Below, piece by piece: positions 25,938 through 37,006 of a stretch of 64,000 nucleotides of DNA. The stretch lies in NCBI GenBank assembly GCA_046563655.1, contig CM102289.1, forward strand, positions 3,224,001 to 3,288,000. Reading direction: 5' to 3'. Position numbers and translations under genes: made by a program. Source of the stretch: Yuukianura sp. NJ FZ-2021 (lineage: Eukaryota). Numbering within the stretch: position 1 is the first letter of the stretch; each line of letters opens with the position of its first letter. The notes beneath the pieces are model-generated. The model was not told the DNA's origin. It did no database searches and worked only from the letters and a program-made list of their open reading frames with translations.

Positions 25938-28900
25938 ATGGGAACAAATATGGAGGAAATTCTGATTGGCCGTGGAGGTGGACGACTCCTGCGCCGCTGG
26001 GCCTTCAACCCTTTCTTCACCACGTACACTCTCCTCCTCATTTCAAACGAATGTAAGGTTCAAAATTTTAAAAATTTGGTATTTCATAACTTTTGATTAA
26101 TAAATAAAATTGTGAAACAAATCAAATCTGTCTGATAAACACTAACTAAAGTTTACTAACGAAATCAACCTGACCGCACCTTCGCCTACCGTAACTACAC
26201 TTGGTGGAATAGATTTGGCCCACAAATTTTTGGTTTTGTAGGATCGTTAACTCAAATTTTCTGCTGCCAGCAAAAATGCGAAATTGCACAAAAGATAGTT
26301 CTCATACACACGAGATTTTGTCCTTTGAAATTCTATGTTCTGTCTTTGTTCATGTTCTGCAAAAATCTGGAATAAGAAGCGAGCGGAATTTTCCATTTCT
26401 GTTTTGTTATTATGCCGTTTCATGTTGTGCCATGTATTCCATGCACTTGTTTTTTGCTTCTCTTTTTGTGCAATTCCTCCGAGAAAGTAAGGAAGTATCA
26501 AGAGAAAGCAGGGAGAAAGCATTTCTTCGCTCCAACTTCCACCGAATTTTTGTTTTCTTCAGTCCTTCGGATTCTGGAACTTGTCTCACACACCGAAACG
26601 TGAAAATGAAATTTTGTCTCCTTATTGTCAGAGTTTTGTTGCATTAGACCCCCTGTGCTCCCCCTCCCACTTCCCACCCACAAGAGGGGCACCAATAGCA
26701 GTACCAGGAACGTTGCTAGTGAGTCTCATTTTCATTATAAAAAAAAAGGATCCGTCCAGGAAGAAACAAAAAGTCTGCCGAGATCAAATGACACAAAAAA
26801 TAGAACTTTCTCTTCTTCTGCTTTCTTCCTGGAAGGTAGAAAGGCGAACACATAAGAAAAATCTGGTCCTTAACCAACCCTTGCCTAATCCTCAGAATCC
26901 ACTTCTTTTGTCTCCCATTTTCAAATGTTGCCTCTCTTTCTTCCTGTCATTGAGCTTCATCAGAAGAAAGTAGCTAAGAAAGTGAGTTCATTTTTTACAA
27001 AAGAAAGTGGAATAGAGAAGGGCGGGATTTTTTGAATTTTTTAAAAACTCCTTCCACGCACTCATTTACTCGCAGTTCTTGGCTCCGAAACAAGACGTAA
27101 TTTCCGATTGACCTACATTTTAATGCTGCAACATTTTTTATGCCGCAGAGAGAGAAAAGAGGCATCTACGTCAAAGTCAAATTCATACACATGCATATCT
27201 ATCTTGCTTTTTTTTGTTTCTAAATTCCCGCTGAATTTTAAATTTTCAAATTCCACGGCTTTTCAGTTCCATGGAACATAATAATTTCATTTTAATTTCC
27301 TGTTGCAAATTCTGTCTGAACATAGCCAAATCCTCTTTGTTCCAAATTACACTTTGATGCCAACATAAAAGACAGAAAGTTTCAATGGAAGAAGACGTTA
27401 CCACGAAACATAACCACAACTGAGAGAATATGGTTTTCCATGTTATGTTACATAAAATCCAATGAACAAATTTATGTTGAAATTTTCAAAAACGGAATCA
27501 CCCACATTTTGAATTCCGCAACATTTTCAGTTTTCCCGCTGCTTTCCTATTGCGTTTGCGGCCCTGGAAGCTCAAAATAAGTTTTAATTATTGAGAGGAA
27601 GCGAGCGAGAGAGCAGAGAGTGTGTAAACGTTGGAATTCTGGAACATCCAGCTCTACACTAACCTTAACCCTAACGGAAAAGCGCGGGAAACATCAACTA
27701 GGAGCGAAGAGCGCGGGAAATACAAACTAAGAGCTGGTAGAATCTGGTTCTGCAGTGAAAGTGGAAGTAAAGCAAGCAAGAATTACCACCACAGACGCCC
27801 ATAACCATTTATTAGAAGGAATGAGGGTCGGAGTAAGAGTTATTGTCTCTCCTTCCCCCAGTTCCTCTCCTACTAATTCTACAACTGAATAAATGAGGCG
27901 GGCGGGAATTTTCAAATTATAAGGAGTAAGGCTGTGTGGTGGGAATTTAGAACGGATACGAACTTCCTCTGTAAAAACCTTTTTCGGCCTGCCCAGTGCA
28001 AACTCTTGCCTGTATAGCCCATGTATCACAATTAAATTATCCCTTGACACTACGAAGATATTTAAAATGTAAATTAACAGGCGGGAACTCCGACTTTTTT
28101 GAAAGAAAAATGTGAATGTCTCTTGGTTGTTCCGTCTATTAAAATTTAAAGTCCAAGAAGTCTAAACACTTCATTTATTTTAATGGAATCATGTAACCTA
28201 AGTTGCCTCATTTCCGTCAAGCGTCATGTGCGGCGGTCCCGTTCTATAAAAAGCCGCTTATGTAAAGTCAACTTTTGCCAAAAAAAATCGTACCCCCTGG
28301 AATTTCTGTTTTGAAAATTTTTCTGAATACTTTTTTGAACTTAGACTGGTTGCAGCAGTCTAGTGGAAGTGGACGTCAGATTTGGTTCAGCAATCACTTG
28401 TCAAGGAATCACGGCCACGGCAGATACACGAGCTTCGACGACATTCAAAGACTGACTGAATCTCCCTTTGAAAACAATACGAGCATCAACCTCACGGTTC
28501 CTCTCGGCGACTCTGCTTTTCTCAGATGCAAAGTCAGGAATCTCGGAGAACGCTCTGTAAGTTAGTTTGAACCTGACCTAACATTAAGCAAAGACTAACT
28601 TATGCAACGTTTAAAGTATAAGAAGTTAAGGCTGACATCCAAAAAGTACAAAAACCTTCTAAGTGTTATAAAATTTCAAAAAAATGATTTTGAAACTAAC
28701 TTTAAATATATTTAACATGCAAATTTTGTGCTTCCCGTCAGATCTCGTGGTACAGAAGACGTGATTGGCACATACTGACAACCGGAAAAGCGACCTACAC
28801 AAATGACGAACGATTTCACGTTCTTCATACGGATGGCTCAGATGAGTGGACCCTTCAAATTAAATTTGTACAAAAACGAGACAATGGAACGTACGAGTGC

Positions 28901-30704
28901 CAGGTATGTCACTTCAAAATGTACTTGAAAGTTGAAAAAAAAAACTTCAAATTCTGAAAATTTTCAAGTACCGTGTCTAGTCCTCCAGTACTCTTGTAGA
29001 CCTACTACAGATAGTACAGAGCTAAAAACTTCAAACGTGCAGTACATTTTCAAAATGAAAATTCATTTACATCCAATTAAATTTCAACTTAGAACTTTCA
29101 GTTGATCTGAGAGGGTTAGAAATTTAAAAAAAACTCGGCGTCACTTCTGTTTCAAAAGCTGCCTGTTTTCAAAATTTCAAAATTAAAGTTTTGTGTTTAT
29201 GCTTAGCATGTCGCTGGATTTCCTTTGTGTCAACTGACTTTTCTGTTCCACTGTGTTATTATTTATTTCCCTGTGCCTCAAGGATTGGACTTTGTAAAGT
29301 CCCAATCCCTGTGTTTCTGGCTCTAATCCTGTTTTCCCAAGTTCCTGCCTAACCTAACTTAAACTTGCTTCCAACTTAAGCAACTCTCACGTCAATCCAT
29401 TCCTTTTCTATCAACAAAAGTCTCTCGGGAGACGCTTTCTCTCAATTCGCAACTAAACCACTTTCACTTCCACTTTCTCCATCAAACGCAGCACAAGATC
29501 CAAAGTGCTTAACGGTTCCTCGTCTACTAATTTTTTTTCAAGAAACTTCCACTTTGTCCATGTCCAGTCCATCAAACGAACCAAAAAATTCCAATTCAGT
29601 CCGGCATACAATGTCACTCTTGATCATTGAACACATTTCGGACTTTCATTCCTTTACTGGATTCTACTTACGTAGGTTTAGATCGACGACACGAGCATGT
29701 TTGAGAAAGTTTGTTATATGAAAGTTGAGTAAAAGTAAGTAGGTTAGGTTAGACTAAAAAGAGAAAGTTAAAGTTGAAATGGAGTAGCAACTCTGTACTA
29801 GAAATGAGAGTATCGGAAGACATAAAGTGGCTCAGAGGTCAGTGGAGTTCACCTTTGTGTAATGAATTGTAGGTGTCTACTGGGACAGGGATCGTCTCCT
29901 ACCTCGTTCATCTTCACATTGCTGTGCCAGAGGCCTTCATTCTGGGCAACGGAGAGTACCACGTCGAGGAGGGATCTAATATCAATCTAGTTTGTATCAT
30001 CGAAAAAGCAAGTTTTTTGGAAATTTCCAACAGAATTTGGTATAATTTCGAAACTTTTCACAACTCGTCTTTTTATGCAGAGTCCCAAACCACCAGAATT
30101 CATCTTCTGGTTTCATAATGAACGCATGATCAACTACGGCAGTACACGAGAAGTGTCTGTCCATACTGAACCGGGTAGCAAGACTCAATCGAGACTGACC
30201 ATAAAGAACGCCCGCGTCGCCGATTCGGGTAACTACACTTGCAAAACAGCCAACGCAGATCCAGCATCCATTTTCGTCTATGTCTCACAAGGTAAAAAGT
30301 AGCCTCTAGGACAAATAATGCCTGCAAGGTTGCTATAGCAACCAATAGTTTCTACAACAGGTTGTCAAATAACTCAGGGTTTTGAAAAATCTCGCTTCAA
30401 ACAACTTTTAGCACCAATCTCATTTACATTACATTGAGAAAGCTACCATAGAAAGACAGATTTTCTATTATCGAAGTTTAAAACTTCGAGTCACTGGACA
30501 ACCTGGTGTAGAAAAACTTTTTTTTTGTTTACGAACCTTGAATGCTTGTTTTAACTTTTGTTTGAATATTTTGCAGCTTCTGGGTTCTTCACGGGAGATA
30601 AAACGGCGGCAATCCACAAGAGACCTGGTGAAAGTTCAGGCGGAGTGACCTCACACATCCACCCCCTCCTCACCCTCGCCCTCCCCCTACTACTGATCAA
30701 CTAA
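25938..30704 (+). CDS. dpr: Dpr/zig-8-family two-Ig-domain cell-surface protein, probably GPI-anchored
   Basis: Six exons in consistent phase: 25938-26052, 28345-28556, 28742-28903, 29873-30007, 30081-30291, 30577-30704. Ig1 ...AFLRCKVRNLGERSISWYRRRDWHILT...DERF...WTLQIKFVQKRDNGTYECQVST; Ig2 ...GSNINLVCIIEKSPKPPEFIFWFHN...DSGNYTC; short hydrophobic C-terminal tail. Paralogue number not assignable. Confidence 0.92.
30355..30508. mobile_element. Small degenerate MITE in last dpr intron
   Basis: Imperfect inverted ends CAACAGGTTGTCAAATAACTC / GAGTCACTGGACAACCTGGTG, flanked by TA. Confidence 0.55.
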
Positions 30705-31343
30705 AAAGTCATTAATTTCCTAAACTAATTAACTTGTCACTTGAACTCGTACGTCGTTTTGATCTCTCTAGATTATGAAACTCACACCTTTGGGTGTCAC
30801 AATTCTCACTTTCTGCCGGTAACGTTTGATTTTAAAACAAACTTTTAGCAGAGGAGTATTAATTAGAGACATATTTGAATATCCCGCTGATGCTATTTAA
30901 AACTTTACTTAAAATATACTAAATTAACTTACAACTATTTAAGTAATATTAAACTGTTTTGCTTTGGAAATGTTAGTTTAAGGCGCAAGAGGACAGTTAT
31001 TTTAATAATCTTTGCTGAGCAATGTTTCAAATCCTATTCATTACAATTTAGTCCAACTTAACCGGTTAAACATAAAATATATATATAAAATATATGAATA
31101 TCTAATTAAGTCAAAATGTTTTTGAAGTTTTAAACCTACAAACATATTCATCACTTATGTAGAATTGATACGGGGCTTCACTTTTAGCAAACATTGAACC
31201 ATTAATTGCGATAAACATAATTTTTTGGAGTATTAAATGTGTTACATTTTATTTGGCTCAAATTTCAAGTTCAGTTTTACTGCAATACAACATCATATGT
31301 AAATATTATTCGTAAATGTTGAATGGCGGAAATATTTGAAAAT

Positions 31344-31751
31344 TCAAAACTTCTTGTCCAGGCGGTAAATGTATTTGCTGACTGGAGTTTCTCGCTCTCT
31401 GTCACAATTTCTATCTGCTTCGTAGCCAATGGTTTTGAGAGCATCCAGAAGTATTTGAACATGATGCATCGGAAGCCCTTTGAGGTCAGGGCCACTGGTC
31501 CACTTGTAGTAGCCGTCAGAGGTCGCTTCAAACGCCAGTCCAAAGTCAACCTTACTCCAACCTACTTTTTTCCTAGTCAAAAATTCTTCCGTCAGAGGGC
31601 CAAGCTTAATCAAATGGACTTCCAATGGCTGGTGGTAAAATGACTGTTTTACTTCTTCCGTCCACTCCATCTTCTCTTTGTACCCAAGACACATGTATGG
31701 CTTCTGCGCCAAAAAAGGAACGAAGTTGACTCTGCGCATGTTTAAAAACAT
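31344..31751 (-). CDS. Unknown ~135-aa protein, paralogue A of head-to-head pair
   Basis: Single ORF; aligns end to end with the 32276-32801 product (VNFVPF..KP, FYHQ..VHLIKLG, YKWTSGPDL.G.LP, LLDALKTIGY, IYRLDKKF). Confidence 0.75.
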   Translation of the reverse strand: MFLNMRRVNFVPFLAQKPYMCLGYKEKMEWTEEVKQSFYHQPLEVHLIKLGPLTEEFLTRKKVGWSKVDFGLAFEATSDGYYKWTSGPDLKGLPMHHVQILLDALKTIGYEADRNCDRERETPVSKYIYRLDKKF

Positions 31752-32275
31752 AGCCTCATTATTTCATTTTGAACAGTACTGTATTTAACTCTATCAGAAA
31801 CATTATACTTATAAACAATTACTTATAAACATTAAACAATATAAAATATATAATATAAATATACTGAATGTTTAGAATAACTTACTCCAATTCCAAAGCC
31901 ATGTTGACAATCTGGTATAACAAATGTAAAATTCGAAACTTAAAACTTTGAGTCTGTGCAACTGCTTTGTGGGATTAGCAATGGACAACAATTTTTGTGT
32001 TCAGGTTTTTTGTGCTTGTTGGTAATCGCGTGTTGAAATTAAGTGACAGTAGGAGGTTTTCTTTCCGCAGAATTTTGATTCAAGGCCACCAACGTTTTTG
32101 GTTTAGGAAACTCTAGCACAAATTACGACAGAGGTCCAGCAGATTCTACACAAAAAATATTAAAGTGTGGTGGAAATTCATGGAACTTGACGTCGAATGT
32201 CAAAACCTTTAAATTTTTTGTTAGCAACAAAAGCCTATTTTCTTTCAGAGTGGTTTTAAACAACAAACGAACAAC

Positions 32276-32801
32276 ATGTCGTCATCCTTGGTTCTTGAGT
32301 AAGAAACTTTAATTTCAAATTTGAACTTTTAGACGCCATATTTTATTCGATTTTGATTTTGAGTGGAAATATACAATTGACATTCATGAATAATATTGAT
32401 TTTCTAGAATTAATTTTGTTAACTTTCCTGAATCAAAACCGGGAAAAGTTGAAGGAGAAACGCCCGAACCATGGGATTTGGATACTCGACGGAAATTTTA
32501 CCACCAAGAATCCGAAATTCATTTCATTCAAATTGGTCTAGTTGATCAAGAAGTACTGGATTCAAAATTGACCCACATGGAACTTGGTGGTGTTGAATTT
32601 TGCTGGAATGAGCTGAAACAATTGTACTGTTGGAATAGCGGACCAAACTTGAGCGGTGCATTGCCGCACAAATTCTACTTGCTGTTGCTGCAGGAACTGA
32701 AGAAGGTGGGATTTGGTCCTGTCGACCAGTACTACTATCCAGATAGCCACCATTTTGAAAATGGAGAAAAGAAAATATGGACACTGGAAAGAAAATTTTG
32801 A
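32276..32801 (+). CDS. Unknown 138-aa protein, paralogue B of head-to-head pair
   Basis: Exon 1 32276-32298, GT-AG intron, exon 2 32408-32801 (417 nt total); INFVNF..KP, FYHQ..IHFIQIG, YCWNSGPNLSGALP, LLQELKKVGF, IWTLERKF match paralogue A. Confidence 0.75.
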
Positions 32802-33581
32802 AAACGTTGAAACAGAGGAATTTTTACAAATACAGTAAAAGCTTCAATCCACTAAAATTTTTCGTACCAAACTTTTTTTTTTGCGCAAATAGCATGTAAA
32901 CGTCCCAGATCTAACTCAATTGAATTAAGACACCGTAATTGAAAAACGGAGAGAAAAATCAAGTTTTTGGCGCGTAAATTATATCAGCATTTTGAAAAAA
33001 AAAATCTGCCGCTTTCAAATACGTCTATTGCACGCAGGTACCTTAGAGTAGGTAAAATGCATTTAATTTATTAAGTAATTTGCACTAGTTGCAGATTTTG
33101 TGATTACTTATACTATTACAAGGACTAAAGTTTACTAAATAATGCTTGAACATTATGGAAACTAAAGAGAAAATCAATTAATACAAATCTATCCTACAAT
33201 TAAAGTATCAAAATATGTCTAAATAAATATTCAGTATTCCAGCAACTCCTTCATTAGAACAGAAATTCGAACTAGAATCCAAATTTTCCGAGCAAGCTTA
33301 ATTAAATTAATCTGAGTTCCAAAATTTGTGATAAAGGAGCACATTACTATTGTAGCTGTAGATACATTGGCACTGACAGCAATGTTACTAAAAGTAAAAA
33401 TTTGAACAAGTGAGTCGGGGGCTGGAAACGAGTCTAAGAAAAATACGGTCATCGCAGTATCATTGTGGTTCTAAAAAATCTAATAAGCGTCGGAAAGTAT
33501 AGTAGTCAGGTGGAACGGAGATAAAACGATTCTTCTAAATGTTGAGTAGAGTTGTCATTGCCAATTGTTTTGCGTAATACT

Positions 33582-36500
33582 TCAGAAGTATCTTGGACCA
33601 CCGAAACCCGGGGGAGGATTTCCTGGTCTGCTGGTGCCACCAAATGACGAACCCTGGTTAAAGTAGTCCATTGATGGGAAGTCCAAGGATGAAAAATCAG
33701 ATCTGAAAAATACAAACTTACGTTTCCTAAATGCACAAATTATTTCTAAATCGATGCAGCTCAATTCAACAAAAACGTAGATTGGAGAAGAATTTGTTTC
33801 GCATGGATTAACGGTGCAAAAACAAAACAAAAGTAAAATGTGCAATATAAAAATGAAAATCATCGGAACTACTAAAATGGTGGAAGGCAAGGTTTATTTG
33901 TAAGAAATGACTAAATTAATGAACAGCCCAGTAATGAAAAAATGCAAGAAAAAGACCTTCCGACAAAACAATCTCAAGGAAATTTTTTTTTGGAGAAAAT
34001 TGCATGTTTCGGTAGAAGGAGTTAATGGTTTTATAAAGCTAAAGTGAAATCTTACAAAGCTAAAGTGAAATCTTGGCCCGCAAGCAAAGGTTTGAGTTAT
34101 AGCAAAATAAGACGAAGGCTCTATGTTTGTAGTTAGTAGGGCTGCAGCTAAGAGGAATTTTAGTTTGCAATTGATTTACGGGAACGTTGTTGCGTTGTCC
34201 CACGCTGGATATGACGAAAATGGATTTGGTGGAGGGAATGTTCCGTCCGGTCCTCCATGTGCCATTCCCACTCCAGTCGTTGGCGGAAGTCCTGCTGGTG
34301 CTCCAAATAGAGGCATCTGTAAGCAAAACCCCAAGTTCCCCAGTTAGTAGGCATAATGTTGTACTTAAAGTCGCAGAAACTTTACGAGGTAACACTAATT
34401 GACTGATTTTATTGACGTACCGCATTGAACGATGATGAGGGAGGCGTAGACCCAATGAGATTTTCAGAAAACGTCGAGGTACGTGTGGAACTTGGTGGCG
34501 CTGAATTTTGTTTCGACGGTGGACCAGACTCAGACGTCTCCGTAGTACCGGAGGCTCTTTTCTCGCCAGCATTCGTAGTGCCTTTGTTCTGTTCCAAAGC
34601 CGTGTCACTTGGTCCTGGTGAAGAACTAGGGCTGTCCAAAGTAATACAATCAGGCGTAGAAGGAGGTGGTGGACGAGCCGCTGGAGCTGGAGTGACAGTC
34701 TTCGGCGAGGGTTCGTCAAGTGTAGTATCTGTGCTGGAACTATCTTGTATGACAAATGCCGGTTTTTTTCTTTTCCTGGTCGGTTTGATAACTTCTTCTT
34801 CTTCAGAGGACGACTCTCCAGATTTAGAACTGGAGCTGCTGCTGCTTGAGTCTTTGGAATCATCGTCATCAGAGGTGAACGTTAGGTCAATAATTTCTTG
34901 AGGTCGTTTGGGTTTTTCGACAACAGCTGATGGCTCCTTCTGGACGGAGCTATTCTTCTTACTGGATTCACCTTCGCCGTCGGAAATTACGGCAATATCA
35001 TCATCATCCAAGCAAATTGTGTCATCCACTTTACACTGTTTGATTCTCTGTTACAAGAAATTAAACAAAGCGAAAACTTTCAAGTCATTGTAATTACATT
35101 GTAATTAAAAATAAGACTTATACCTTGGTTGGTGGTTCATCGGGTTCCTTCTTCACTTTCAAAGGAGCCCAGGAGCCGTCTTGCATAACTTCGATTTCAT
35201 TGCAATCTTCACCGCTGTTACTAAGACTTGTAATTACTTCTTGAAAATATCTGAAACAGCAAAAACACAACATTTTGTTAGCTCAGGATTTGCTTAATTT
35301 CGTCCCTAAATCCAATGATTCACCAACCCATCAATTGCCAGGTCTTCGAATGCTGTATACTTATCACAAACAGGACATGACCAAACCGGCTTTTTCTCAT
35401 TCATTTGCAAATACAAATTGGCATCAAAGCACTGAAGATGCTTGCAAGTTGAGGCACGACAGGGTAAAGACATTCGGCATTTCCCCAGAGGACAAGCGAC
35501 TGATACTTTGAATGTTGAACTGGCAATACAGTCAGCATCGTCTCGTCTGACCATTTCCTTCACTGGAATGAAAAAGATATAATTTAGTTATAATCATTCC
35601 ATCAAGCAATGAGTGAAAACAGTGAGGCTGAAAAAAGTCTGTACTCATAAAATGATAACTGATCTTACCCATTCCTTTTGTGTAATCTGATGGACGTGGA
35701 CCCTTGCTTTTGAGCCGAGCGAGCAAATCAGCAGAAACGAGTTTCTTGACCAAGTTAATCGAAATGACGTAATCCCGTGCCGAAGAGTCACTGGCCCAAG
35801 TAACATTCACGTTGTTAGTAACCGTTGGAGAGTTTTTGACGAAGTTAGTGACATTCAGCGGTCGCGACGGTCTTTTCGGTTCCACGCCAGGCCGATTGCT
35901 TGGAATAGGGTGGGGCAGTGGAACACTTCTATTGTTCACCTTCACTTGCATTGACGGTGGAAAGAGATCATCCTGAGGAGTGCCGGTCTCCAGAGCACAG
36001 AATCGTATTTGGACTTGGATGGTATATTGCACTTTACATTCATTCAAAGAGTTATTGAACTCCTTTGACGATGCAATATCCCCGGCCTGGCTTGGCGTCA
36101 GAAAGAATGTGAAATTGGCTTCGTGGGCCCGGCCGGTAGTTGATGTACTAACTAAATGATTTGTTACAGCGTGAGTAATTAACATTTCCTAAAGCATTGA
36201 AATCAAATTCTTAAACTCAAAGCTTACGGAGGCTTGTCGGGCGGGTGAGTTGCGCCATAACGTCATAAAATGGTAAACTTTTTAGCTGAACGTCAGGACA
36301 AATCGGCACTCGGCTGTTGTGACTAATGACTTGTAAACCCGGGAGTTGTCCAAAGGCATTCGGGTATCGATTCTAAGGAATGAACAACGAGTTATGTCAC
36401 GTTAGTGGTAAATGAAAAAGTCGAAAATTAGTTTAATCTTAATTTTAACATTTTAAATCTCAAATAACCTGGTACTGAAGTTTATCTCCGCTAGTAGAAT

Positions 36501-36977
36501 TCATCCCACTGTTGAAAAGCCTGCCGGGGGAAATTCCCGCGTTCGCGAATTGCTGATTATGTGCCAACACCGCTGACGCAGGCAGGGGCTGGTTCAAGGA
36601 CAATCTGAAAAATGAAAAAGTGAGATTTCATGCTCATCGTCGTATATACGTCGTAAATACGTTGATGTCATCTAAGCCAATTTCTTACTGAATGCTCCTA
36701 TACAGTTCCCGAATTTTACTGACGATAGCAGAGTTGTTGACTTTTACAAGCTCTAGAGCCCTTGCCTGCAATTCATTTTTTCTTCCATTCTTATTTTTGT
36801 TGAAGTGTCCTAGTAGATTTTGCAGTTCCGTAACACGGAACGCCATGACCATATTCTGTAATAGAAAATTTTAGTAATTGAATCACAATCAAAGCGAAAT
36901 AAAACAATTCTTTGTAATTTACGCTCAACCATTCAAATTCCGATTTGAAGTTAATTTACCCGTAATTCCGAATCCAT
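33582..36977 (-). CDS. PIAS: E3 SUMO-protein ligase PIAS / Su(var)2-10 (multi-exon)
   Basis: Micro-exon MDSELR (36977-36960) spliced to SAP domain NMVMAFRVTELQNLLGHFNKNKNGRKNELQARALELV; PINIT-like region (RPLNVT); SP-RING CPLGKCRMSLPCRASTCKHLQCFD...WSCPVC; SIM-like motifs (ICLDDDD, IIDLT); Ser/Pro-rich tail; last two exons splice in phase to ...GPRYF-stop at 33582. Confidence 0.95.
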
Positions 36978-37006
36978 TCTTTCTGCATACGACTTCCCTC
37001 TAAATA

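Noticed and set aside
34035..34074. 21-bp-period tandem duplication in a PIAS intron
   Set aside because: Simple local slippage duplication, no evident function.
34060..34901. Overlapping ORFs 34060-34869 (-) and 34425-34901 (+)
   Set aside because: Alternative-frame and antisense shadows of the Ser/Pro-rich PIAS exon.
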